Assembly (NCBI GenBank): GCA_963785725.1
Contig: CAWAWS010000039.1
Location: 723,850-787,849 of the forward strand
DNA from: an uncultured delta proteobacterium
GTDB lineage: Bacteria > Myxococcota_A > Polyangia > Palsa-1104
Length of the DNA: 64,000 nucleotides
Direction: 5' to 3'
Shown piece by piece: positions 49,804 to 58,738 of the stretch (its first letter is position 1; every line of letters starts with the position of its first letter). Under the pieces are notes generated by a model, which saw only the letters and a program-made list of their open reading frames with translations, was not told the DNA's origin and did no database searches. The translations under genes were made by a program, and so were the position numbers.

Positions 49804-50201
49804 AGAGACATTGGCTTCTGGCATCGCTGGCGCTCGTCGCAGGCTGCTTCTCGCCCAGCTTTCACGATGGTGATTTCCCGTGCAAGACGTCGAGTCAATG
49901 CCCGGCGGACTATCATTGCGCAGCGGACAACACCTGCTGGAGGAATGGGCACGACCCAAGCGGCAGCGACATGGGCATCGGGATGAACGATGGCGCCGTC
50001 GACATGGTCGTCGGAGCGGACCTGTTGCCGGTCTCCTATCCTCCCGCGGCCGTTTGGTCTTCCTGTGGCGGCGGGCCGGTCACCGCGGCTTCGAATAATC
50101 AACTGAACGTCAGCATTGGCAACACGCCGGTCATGGGCATTTCCACGGCCCCGAGTGGTGCAGCTGTGACGTTCGGTTACTTCACTGACGACGTGTACTA
50201 G
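49800..50201 (+). CDS. small Cys-rich lipoprotein
   Basis: GTGA overlap with the upstream stop; VKRHWLLASLALVAGC lipobox; CKTSSQCPADYHC...TC. Confidence 0.75.
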   Translation: MKRHWLLASLALVAGCFSPSFHDGDFPCKTSSQCPADYHCAADNTCWRNGHDPSGSDMGIGMNDGAVDMVVGADLLPVSYPPAAVWSSCGGGPVTAASNNQLNVSIGNTPVMGISTAPSGAAVTFGYFTDDVY

Positions 50202-50214
50202 GAGACGCTGGATC

Positions 50215-51036
50215 ATGCGCTCGATTCGTTTCGTACTGATTGTCGCCCTCATACTGCTTGGTAGTCGCGCCTACGCCACCACGCCGAGTCAGTTCTCGGT
50301 GCAGGGCGTGTTGCGTGACAGCGGCGGCAAGCTTCAGTCCATGATGGTCAACGTCACCGTCAACCTCTACTCCGCGTCGACGGGAGGAGCACCGCTCTCG
50401 ACCCCCGTCAATGCGCTGTCGGTCATGGCAGTCAACGGCTTGTTCACTGTTACCATCACCGCCGATCAAGCGCTTCAGACGGTCTTGGCGACACCGCCGA
50501 TCTGGCTGGAGCTAGTCGTCGGGAACGACACCTTTCCCAGGCAGTTGATCACCGCAGATGTTTACGCGCTTCAATGCGGAGCCGCCGACGTCGCCAATAG
50601 CCTTGCTCCGTCGGTGACCATCAACGCCGCGACCCAGATCACCGGTGTGCTCCCAGTGGCAAACGGTGGTACAGGTGCCGGCGGAGTCGAAGCATGGCAC
50701 GAGATTCCCGACTCGGCGCTCGCCTTCGGATGGGTTTGGTACAGCACTCCGACTGCTGATTTCACGACTCCCGCCTTTTACAAAAATCCATTTGGCGAGG
50801 TTCGCTTGAAGGGGCTGATCCGTAATGGAACAGCCGTCGGCACTATCTATCAGCTACCAGCCGGATACGCGCCCGCGCATACAACAATCATTTCGACTAC
50901 TGGCAATACGACGGCCCCAGCGCTTTGCACGATCTATATCTACAACACGGGCAACATACAGTTGCAGTCAAACTGCCCCACCGGGGCGGGCAACTGGGTT
51001 TCGCTCGACGGAATCACCTTCCGCGCCGGATCGTAA
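50215..51036 (+). CDS. secreted protein with C-terminal phage tail-fibre/receptor-binding-like domain
   Basis: Signal peptide; QGVLRD...NGLFTV...WLELVV...PRQ N-domain; GEVRLKGLIRNG...QLPAGYAP...WVSLDGITF C-domain. Confidence 0.7.
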   Translation: MRSIRFVLIVALILLGSRAYATTPSQFSVQGVLRDSGGKLQSMMVNVTVNLYSASTGGAPLSTPVNALSVMAVNGLFTVTITADQALQTVLATPPIWLELVVGNDTFPRQLITADVYALQCGAADVANSLAPSVTINAATQITGVLPVANGGTGAGGVEAWHEIPDSALAFGWVWYSTPTADFTTPAFYKNPFGEVRLKGLIRNGTAVGTIYQLPAGYAPAHTTIISTTGNTTAPALCTIYIYNTGNIQLQSNCPTGAGNWVSLDGITFRAGS

Positions 51037-51188
51037 TACTCGGCTGCGCGCCAGTTGCGGCGCCATTCCGCTGTTTGTTCAGAACGGCGGCGGCAAGGAA
51101 TCTGTCTCGACGTCGCCCGAAGCTCGGCCGCCGTAGTAGTCGAAGAACCGCCGCAACCGTGGTAAACGTGACCTCGAGAGAGGGAACG

Positions 51189-51980
51189 ATGGCGGGAACG
51201 ATCGAGGCGCAACTCGTGGCTGAATGGAACGCGGCTGGCATTCTGCCTGGCGACACGGTACTGATTCACAGCAGCATCAAGCGCACGCTCAAGCGGTTGT
51301 TGAAAGCCGGTTTTTCCGTGTCAGCCGACAGCGCCCTACTGTCTTTTCGCGAAGCGGTCGGACCGTCAGGGACGCTGCTGTTTCCTCTGTTCAATTTCGA
51401 CTTCACGAAGGGGACGCCCTTCGACAAGCGGAACACTCCTTCGCATATGGGTGCACTCACTGAGGCGGCGCGTCGAGCGCCCGACGCAGTACGCACCGGC
51501 CACCCCATCTACTCGTTCGCGGTGCTGGGTGCCAAGTCGTCGTGCTTTCGCGACGTCGAGAACTTCAGCGCTTACGGCGCTGACTCTCCGTTCGCACTGC
51601 TCCGCGAGATGGATGGCAAGATCGCCGTTCTCGATCTCCCGGATCAGGACAGCATGACTTTCTATCACCACGTAGAAGAGATGAACGAAGTCCCTTACCG
51701 CTTTCATAAAGTGTTCGAAGGCGATTATATCGATCTCGATGGCAATACGAGCCGTCGCCGCTTTGGTCTATTCGTGCGAAATCTCGAAATGGGCGTCGAG
51801 ACGGACGTGGATCGGATGGGCGAGCTGTTGTGGCAGCAGGGGCTCTATTCTGGCGAACGTCACGGTGTGGGATCCGGGCTACGCGTCATCTCTGCTCGCG
51901 CGATGTTCGACGCGGTCTCGGAAGTGATTCGCACCGGCCGGGCCAAGGACTTCCTGTACAGCATCAAGACCCCCAGTTGA
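51189..51980 (+). CDS. AAC(3)-family N-acetyltransferase
   Basis: GDTVLIHSS, GTLLFPLFN, MGALTE, RTGHPIYSFAVLG, SPFA, TFYHHVEE. Confidence 0.9.
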   Translation: MAGTIEAQLVAEWNAAGILPGDTVLIHSSIKRTLKRLLKAGFSVSADSALLSFREAVGPSGTLLFPLFNFDFTKGTPFDKRNTPSHMGALTEAARRAPDAVRTGHPIYSFAVLGAKSSCFRDVENFSAYGADSPFALLREMDGKIAVLDLPDQDSMTFYHHVEEMNEVPYRFHKVFEGDYIDLDGNTSRRRFGLFVRNLEMGVETDVDRMGELLWQQGLYSGERHGVGSGLRVISARAMFDAVSEVIRTGRAKDFLYSIKTPS

Positions 51981-52135
51981 AGGTTGGAAGTCGCGACGAA
52001 ACATCGATGAGCCGCGGGGCGAGCCAGCATCGCCACCAACCGCGCTTTCGCCGTCGCGACGGACATAGTCGGTGGGTACGGCACCGTTCGTCTCACGCGG
52101 TGCCTTCGTGAAACAGATCAATGCCCGGAGAGGCC

Positions 52136-53434
52136 ATGAGCGAGCACGCTGAAGATTCGACTATCGGACAACAGATGCATGACTTTGCAAAGCTGCTCTG
52201 GCCGATCTGTCGCAGTTTGTCCGGCGATGGCGTGCGGCAAACGCTGCAACTGATCCGAGAGCGATTGCCGGCACTTCAGATTCATGAAGTGCCATCTGGG
52301 ACGAAGTGTTTCGATTGGGAAGTCCCAGACGAATGGAACATCCGCGACGCTTATATCATTGCGCCCGACGGGCAGAAGATCGCCAACTTCAAGACTAATA
52401 ACCTGCACGTGGTTGGCTACTCCACGCCCATCAATGCGGAGATGCCCCTCGAGGAGCTGCGGCCGCACTTGTTCTCCTTGCCCGCGCAGCCGACCGCGAT
52501 TCCCTATATTACGTCCTATTACAAACGCTTTTGGGGATTCTGCATCTCGCACGAGCAACTGACTGCATTGAAGCCTGGCAACTACCGCGTTGTCATCGAC
52601 AGTGAGCACAAAGCCGGCTCGCTTACGTATGGCGATTTGGTCTTACCGGGCGAGACCGAAGACGAGATCTTACTGTCGACCTATGTTTGCCATCCTTCGA
52701 TGGCCAACAACGAGCTGTCCGGTCCCCTCGTGACGCTGGCTCTCGCGCAATGGCTCACGACGTTACCGCGACGCCGCTACACTTACCGCATCTATTTCGG
52801 CCCCGAGACGATCGGCGCCGTCGTCTACCTGAGTCGTCATTTGGAGGCGATGAAGCGAGTTACCCGGGCAGGGTGGGTAGTCACCTGCGTGGGCGATGAC
52901 CGAGCCTATTCGTTCTTGCCGAGCCGAGAAGGCAACACGTTCGCTGATCAGCTGAGCCGACACGTGCTCCGTCACTGCACCCCTGCGCCGAAGGAGTACT
53001 CGTTCCTCGACCGGGGCAGCGACGAGCGTCAGTACTGCAGCCCAGGGGCCGACTTGCCCGTATGTTCCATCATGCGCAGCAAGTATGGCGAGTATCCCGA
53101 GTACCATACTTCGCTCGATGACTTATCGCTGGTCACTCCGTCAGGACTCCTGGGCGGATATCGCATGATAAAGAAGTGCATCGAGTTGGCCGAAGCCAAC
53201 AGATCTTATCGAACGAAACTGCCGTGCGAGCCGCAGTTAGGTAAGCGCGGCCTCTATCCGTCGCTGAGCACCAAAGAGTCGGGCGCAATGGTCAAGACCA
53301 TGATGGATTTCCTGGCGCATTGTGATGGCCACCTCGATTTGCTCGCGATCGCCGAGCGGATTGGCGTCTACGCGCACGAGCTCGCTCCGTTGGCCGAGAA
53401 ACTCACCGGTGCGGGAGTGATCGAGCCGGTCTGA
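52136..53434 (+). CDS. DUF4910 (DUF2172 + peptidase M28-like + wHTH) protein
   Basis: RSLSGDGVRQTL, FDWEVPDEWNI, AIPYITSYY, CHPSMANNELSG, PETIG, GSDERQYCSPG, YPEYHTS. Confidence 0.95.
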   Translation: MSEHAEDSTIGQQMHDFAKLLWPICRSLSGDGVRQTLQLIRERLPALQIHEVPSGTKCFDWEVPDEWNIRDAYIIAPDGQKIANFKTNNLHVVGYSTPINAEMPLEELRPHLFSLPAQPTAIPYITSYYKRFWGFCISHEQLTALKPGNYRVVIDSEHKAGSLTYGDLVLPGETEDEILLSTYVCHPSMANNELSGPLVTLALAQWLTTLPRRRYTYRIYFGPETIGAVVYLSRHLEAMKRVTRAGWVVTCVGDDRAYSFLPSREGNTFADQLSRHVLRHCTPAPKEYSFLDRGSDERQYCSPGADLPVCSIMRSKYGEYPEYHTSLDDLSLVTPSGLLGGYRMIKKCIELAEANRSYRTKLPCEPQLGKRGLYPSLSTKESGAMVKTMMDFLAHCDGHLDLLAIAERIGVYAHELAPLAEKLTGAGVIEPV

Positions 53435-53783
53435 CGCTAGCTGCTGTCGCAGATCGCTCGCCGCGCGGTGGATGTGCTGGAGGATGCACAGTTCTGGGAA
53501 TCGCAGGACGGGAGCCGTGAAAACATCAGAAGGCTACTGGAAACCGATTTGTGATCTTGTGAAGCGGCTCAATTGATGGAGTCGGCTGGCCGCCAGCGAC
53601 GCCACGCAATCATCGCTGGCCTCGTACATGACGACGGCTGCGGCTGCGTCGACGTATGTTCCGCAATCGACGTTGGCCAAGCTTGAGAAGCAGCGCAGAG
53701 CGCCGTCTCGCGCCGTGCCGCGCCCTGCTCACAAATCTGTCGACGGACGGCGATAGGCGCCGGCGTCACACGAACCGCCCCGT

Positions 53784-54812
53784 TTATTTCGCCAGTCGCG
53801 TCTGCGCGCGCGCCGCGCCCGTCGCATCGTTACCGTGAAGATCCAAGTAGCGCTGATAGTGGAACAGCGCGTTAGCCTTATTGCCCTGGTCCCACCAATA
53901 GTCGGCAAAATACAGCTCGGCCGGCGGGTATTTTCCGCGTAGCGACTCGTTCATCGCTGCCAAGAAATCCGGCTGATGCGTCTTCCCCAGCTTATCGTGA
54001 GAAAGTGCTAACCAATAATACAGCTCGGGGATCCCGACAGTCCCCCGCTTTGCGGTCATGAGGCTGTCAACGGCCGCCGAATATTTCCCTACCTTATACA
54101 GACGAATGCCTTCCTGCATATCTAGTGCAATCTGCTCAGGCGTTTTGCTATCGCGCTCAGCACTTGTTCCGAGCCCCGGGATCGATTCAATGAACGCGGT
54201 CATGACCTGTGCGGCGAACACGGGCTTGACCGCGGGCTGTCCCGGCATCAGGAAGCAGAACGCGATCTTGCCATTGCCGCGCGAGCTCACGACAGCATCA
54301 GCCGGGGGCAACGCACTGGGATTTTGGCCCTCGACCGACTTTGCATCATCGAGTTGCATCTGAACTTCGACCCCGGCGCTGCTCGACCAAGCGACGCCCC
54401 AACCGGACGCACCGCAAATCGACGCCGTCCCGTTGCTAGCGCCACGCGAAATCGGCGCATTCTTCGTATGTGTATTCACCCAGCCCACGAGGGACTGGCG
54501 GCGCTTCCCTTCCGCCAGGCTCATCGTGAGGCTGACGGCAGCCACTCCGTCGCCACCATCGCGACGAACGAACGCGCGGTCGAACGGCGGGGGCAACTTC
54601 ACGGCCGCTCCCGGCACGTCGTCCGCGATCGGGATAGTCAGCTCGACATGAGCGCCGCGTAAACCAGTTGTGCACTGCGAAAAGCGAGCGCCTGGCACGC
54701 AACCTTCGAGTGCCTGCCCTAGCACGGAGCTCGCCTCGGCGCGCGCCAGCCTCGAAGTGCCATGCGCCGTGACCATCACAAGACCGCAAAACAAGAGTGC
54801 GCGTTTGCTCAT
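53784..54812 (-). CDS. secreted protein with C-terminal TPR, candidate second immunity/accessory protein
   Basis: Signal peptide, TPR-like end (ALFHYQRYLDL); third gene of the operon headed by the PG hydrolase. Confidence 0.7.
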   Translation of the reverse strand: MSKRALLFCGLVMVTAHGTSRLARAEASSVLGQALEGCVPGARFSQCTTGLRGAHVELTIPIADDVPGAAVKLPPPFDRAFVRRDGGDGVAAVSLTMSLAEGKRRQSLVGWVNTHTKNAPISRGASNGTASICGASGWGVAWSSSAGVEVQMQLDDAKSVEGQNPSALPPADAVVSSRGNGKIAFCFLMPGQPAVKPVFAAQVMTAFIESIPGLGTSAERDSKTPEQIALDMQEGIRLYKVGKYSAAVDSLMTAKRGTVGIPELYYWLALSHDKLGKTHQPDFLAAMNESLRGKYPPAELYFADYWWDQGNKANALFHYQRYLDLHGNDATGAARAQTRLAK

Positions 54813-54833
54813 CTCATTCTCACTTAATGAAGC

Positions 54834-55412
54834 CTAATGCTGGGCACTTGCGGATTTGCCAGCGAAGGTGACTGATTTAAGCATTTGCTCGAAGTCGCTC
54901 TTGGCGCCCGAATAGCTCTCCGCTTTGCAAAGCAAAATAGCGTCGACGATCGTTGTTTGATGTTTTCCCTGTTTGAACTGGAAGGACGCAACGTCTGCGA
55001 CCGCCTTTGGACTCGAGCACTGGGTGACGGTACGGGCGAGCTTGGCGGTTGGCGAACCGATCGGCTGCGCGTCTTCGCAGTCGTTGAATCGGACTGTAGC
55101 CGCACCAATCGCCGCGAATACGTTCTTTTCGCCAGCGGCTTGCTTCGTTCGATTCTGCAGACCAGTCGCGTCGACCGTAAGCTCGCTGCAGCCGTCGGCC
55201 GTGGTGCATTCCTCGCGATCGATTTGGACGACGCATCCGTTGGGGCCGCGAAAGCTGCCGACGCGAACGGCAGCAGCTTTGGGATCGACGGCAACTTTCG
55301 TCCACCCGGCGGGAGGATCGATCATCAGCTTCGGCGCCAGCTCGTCGGCGAGAGATTCCGTCGTCAGACTGACGCTAACGAAGCCGAGGACGAAGAATCC
55401 AAACGTTCTCAT
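54834..55412 (-). CDS. signal-peptide protein, candidate periplasmic immunity protein (PsbP/DcrB-like pattern)
   Basis: MRTFGFFVLGFVSVSL signal; IDPPAGW...DFEQMLKSVTF; overlaps the 3' end of the hydrolase gene. Confidence 0.7.
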   Translation of the reverse strand: MRTFGFFVLGFVSVSLTTESLADELAPKLMIDPPAGWTKVAVDPKAAAVRVGSFRGPNGCVVQIDREECTTADGCSELTVDATGLQNRTKQAAGEKNVFAAIGAATVRFNDCEDAQPIGSPTAKLARTVTQCSSPKAVADVASFQFKQGKHQTTIVDAILLCKAESYSGAKSDFEQMLKSVTFAGKSASAQH

Positions 55413-58398
55413 TGAAGACAAAATGCTTCTTCTCCATGTGGTTGAACGTCGTGCTCTTGGACATCTGATGCTCATGCGCCTTCTCGCTGCCTGCGCCAAT
55501 AGCGGTCACTTCTCGAAGCTGTCCCGTACCTTCGTCGCGGATGACGTCGCTGAGCAACTCGATGTGCCCATGGCCCTCTTCTTTCATGCCGGTCTTCGAG
55601 TTGACGTGCATTCCACCATGCCCATCTTGCCGGAACTTGCCGCGAACGATCACGACATCGCCTGACTGAGCGTTGTGCTCAGGATCCTGAACGACGTCGA
55701 ACCACTGTGCGCCATGCAGTGGCTTCGCGCCTTTGGCAACGGCTTCGATATCGTCGCACATACCATTCACGTCAGGATACTTCACTGTCGGCTCGTGGTT
55801 CTCATCGGAACCCGCCGTCATGAACCCCGATCGGTAAAGGAATTCACCGACGAAGATGTTGCACTTGAAATTGCCGGCGTAACCACCTTTCTTTTCGCCA
55901 CTCTGAAACGCCGGATGACTCAGCTTCTCGTCTTTGATCGAGCCAGCTTGGCCCCACGACGCGTCGCCATCCTTCAATCGCGCCGCCGACAACATCTCGT
56001 CGACATGTTTCTTGCGGTCGACGTCTTCGCCAGCAGGCGCCTCTTTGGATCCCCCAGCCGCTTGCTCCTTCGCTGCCGGTTCTTTGCTTTTCTCTTCTGC
56101 TACGTCGGCGGGCTTATTGACCTGCGCTCCGGCGAGAGCGGCAGCTGCCTTTTGGCCGAGGTCGGTAACCTCACCCTCCAAGCTTTTGTCGTACTCCTCG
56201 ATTTGCTTTTGCGCGTCCTCGACCTTGAGCTCGCCCTTGCCAACTCGACCTGCGAGCTCTACGCCACGCTCTCGCAATCGCTCCGCAACGATATCCCGAT
56301 CCGATTTCCAGAAGGTGACCGTCTCCCAAATCGTCCGCTCGACGTCGTGTTTCTCGTGATGCTCAGGCGGTCCCTTCGCGCTGCCAACGTTGCTCGGTGC
56401 CTTCTCTTTGGCGGGCCCAGCACCGGGCGCAATCTTGGTATTGTCGTGCTGTGCCACAGCCGAACCGGCGCCCTTTCCGCCCTTTGCCGGCGGAACATTG
56501 CCGCGGTAGATCGCCATCACCTTGCTAACGTACTCGTCGTGCTCGAGTAGCGACGGGTTCTCTATCTCCTCTTTCGAGAGACCTCCGTTATGCATTCGGG
56601 CGCATAACATGTACAGCTCGTCGTCCGACTTGGGCAGCTCGACCTTGAAGCGCTTGGCCTGCGCGACGACACGCTTGCGGACGTCTTCGACCTCTTTCTT
56701 GCCAAAGCCGACCGCGCCATCTGCATTGATGGCCTTCGACAGATGCCCTTGTCGACCGCCGGCCGCCTTCATCTGAAACCCGGCCAAGTTCTCGGCCATG
56801 ATTCCCTCGACGCTGCCTTGCTTGCCCTTGTTCATGTAGGCTGCGAGGTCGCCCGGTCCCAACTGAATCCGATCAAAGACGGCCTTGTTGTCGTCATAGA
56901 ACTTGTGCGCGGCTTCCATACGCGCCTTCTTATTCTTGTCGCCCACCAGCGCAGCATGGCTGGAGCGATATTCGCGGATCAGGCGACGGAACTCGATGCT
57001 GCCGATGAGACGATCGAGATCGCCTTCGCCTAGCCCGGTCGAAGTCGTCCAGGCATCGCGATGCTTGGCGATGAACCGCTCGGGATCGGTCTTGGCCAGC
57101 TCGACTTCGGCCGCATTCCACTGCAGCGCCTTCTGAGCGCGTCCCTGTTCCGCTTCACCCTTCGAACCTGACCGGCCCACCAACGCGGAATAGTACTGGG
57201 CGACAGCAGCGGTCTTCTGCTTCAAATCCGCGACTTCACTCTCGCTGAAGCCGTACTTTGCGCGCAGATCCGGATCATGCTCGAGCATGTCGATCGCACT
57301 GCTGGCGACCGTTTGGAATCGACCATACGACCCTTCGACCCCCGATGCGTTGCGAAGGTCGGTTCCGACGACACCGTCCTTATCAGGAGCCGCATTTCCG
57401 GATTCCTTGACGCCGATAGCGTAGACGAATCGATCCCAGCTGCTCCCTGACGCAGGCGGCGCCGCTGCAGAACCAGCGTTGGCGCGAGCATCGGCTGCTG
57501 GCTTCGCCGGGGCCGATGCCAACGACGACGCGTTCGCTGTGACGATAGCCTTGAGCTTGTGGCCCGCCGCGGCCTTGGACGCGGCGCCCTTGTGGCCGAG
57601 CGAATGCTTCTTCTCGTCGGACTTCGGTGGCGCGGAGTCCGCGGCAACAGCGGGCTTGGCCGCCGGTGCCGCGGCGTCTCCAGCGCTCTTTTCGTCGGCC
57701 TGTTCTGCGACAGGTTCCGCGGAGTGGTCAGCCGGCTGTTCGACGGCGGCTTCAGCTTTCTCGTTGCCGCTGTTTCCCGCATCGACTTTTAGGGCGCCAA
57801 ACAAGTCGTCGAGCTCCGCCGCTTGCGTAGGCTTCGGCTCGGAATCCGTGGCGCCTGCCCCCGAGTCAGAAGATTCGCCGGCTGTTGCCGCCGGAGCGCT
57901 GCTGACGTGCTCGGTGGTTTCGGCCTGCGCTAATGCAGCATCCGCCTTGCCAGCATCGCCTTCGGAGGAGGGGACCGCCTCTTTTTCTTCCTGTGCAGGC
58001 TTTCCCGTGTCGGAATCGACGGCTTCCACCGGCGCCGCCGCTGCGCTCTCAGGCTCCTTGGAGCTGGGAACCGTCGTGGGTGCGGCCGTCGCGCGATCCG
58101 TCGCAAATGCATCGTCGGTCTTCTGGTCCGGCTCCTGCGCCCATTCGGGCGTGAGGATACCGTCCGCCGACCCCGCTGCGGCTGGAGCCGAATCAGCGCT
58201 GCCAGCCTTTGCCTCGGCTTGGGCGCGACGGCGTTGCTGGAATTTCCGGTAGAGCGCGTTCGCGGCCGCGACGTTGCCCTTCGTGACGGAAAGGAACAGG
58301 GTCATCGGCGAATTCGTTGGCCCGGCGTCAACGTCAGCCGACGCGGGCTCGCGACCGCCGTCAATCGTACCCTTATTTTTCTGGTCGAGCTCGCCCAT
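55375..58398 (-). CDS. large putative peptidoglycan-hydrolase effector: disordered N-terminus, lysozyme-like domain, C-terminal NlpC/P60/CHAP-like domain
   Basis: AIGVKESG...YGRFQ...ARMHNGG...YVSKV; KCNIFV...SGDVVI...GHGHIE; no Sec signal; ATG 58398 lies below the shared promoter motif. Confidence 0.7.
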   Translation of the reverse strand: MGELDQKNKGTIDGGREPASADVDAGPTNSPMTLFLSVTKGNVAAANALYRKFQQRRRAQAEAKAGSADSAPAAAGSADGILTPEWAQEPDQKTDDAFATDRATAAPTTVPSSKEPESAAAAPVEAVDSDTGKPAQEEKEAVPSSEGDAGKADAALAQAETTEHVSSAPAATAGESSDSGAGATDSEPKPTQAAELDDLFGALKVDAGNSGNEKAEAAVEQPADHSAEPVAEQADEKSAGDAAAPAAKPAVAADSAPPKSDEKKHSLGHKGAASKAAAGHKLKAIVTANASSLASAPAKPAADARANAGSAAAPPASGSSWDRFVYAIGVKESGNAAPDKDGVVGTDLRNASGVEGSYGRFQTVASSAIDMLEHDPDLRAKYGFSESEVADLKQKTAAVAQYYSALVGRSGSKGEAEQGRAQKALQWNAAEVELAKTDPERFIAKHRDAWTTSTGLGEGDLDRLIGSIEFRRLIREYRSSHAALVGDKNKKARMEAAHKFYDDNKAVFDRIQLGPGDLAAYMNKGKQGSVEGIMAENLAGFQMKAAGGRQGHLSKAINADGAVGFGKKEVEDVRKRVVAQAKRFKVELPKSDDELYMLCARMHNGGLSKEEIENPSLLEHDEYVSKVMAIYRGNVPPAKGGKGAGSAVAQHDNTKIAPGAGPAKEKAPSNVGSAKGPPEHHEKHDVERTIWETVTFWKSDRDIVAERLRERGVELAGRVGKGELKVEDAQKQIEEYDKSLEGEVTDLGQKAAAALAGAQVNKPADVAEEKSKEPAAKEQAAGGSKEAPAGEDVDRKKHVDEMLSAARLKDGDASWGQAGSIKDEKLSHPAFQSGEKKGGYAGNFKCNIFVGEFLYRSGFMTAGSDENHEPTVKYPDVNGMCDDIEAVAKGAKPLHGAQWFDVVQDPEHNAQSGDVVIVRGKFRQDGHGGMHVNSKTGMKEEGHGHIELLSDVIRDEGTGQLREVTAIGAGSEKAHEHQMSKSTTFNHMEKKHFVFNENVWILRPRLR

Positions 58399-58449
58399 CA
58401 CAATCCCTAGCTCTTTAGAGTATATAAACGGCGCACGCCGCCATATAGG

Positions 58450-58476
58450 TTTTCGGCACGACCTCGAAAAAGTTGC
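58450..58476 (-). promoter_or_regulatory. sigma28/FliA-like promoter, copy 2 (GCAACTTT-N11-GCCGAAAA)
   Basis: Minus strand gcaacttt ttcgaggtcgt gccgaaaa. Confidence 0.7.
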
Positions 58477-58694
58477 TTCCAACAGAGGCGCGAAAGTTCG
58501 ACTTCCGCCGGAGCCGCATGCCGCAGTGGAGTGAGGTGAGGTGACCGCCATCACCGCGCCGGGAACAAAGCTCCGTTGACGAACCCGGTCGCCATGACTC
58601 AGGACAGCTGATTGCGATGTGTCAGCACGGTCGGTCGAATTGTAACGCTCGATTCCGTTTCCCCCGAGCCCCACTGATTTCTTGCGGGTACATG

Positions 58695-58721
58695 GCAACT
58701 TTTCTTCAGTTTCGCCGATAA
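58695..58721 (+). promoter_or_regulatory. sigma28/FliA-like promoter, copy 3 (GCAACTTT-N11-GCCGATAA)
   Basis: gcaacttt tcttcagtttc gccgataa, 17 nt before ATG 58739. Confidence 0.75.
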
Positions 58722-58738
58722 TCTGAAGAAGGACGCAG

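Noticed and set aside
50215..51036. Prophage
   Set aside because: Only one tail-fibre-like domain, carrying a signal peptide. No capsid, terminase, portal or integrase genes.
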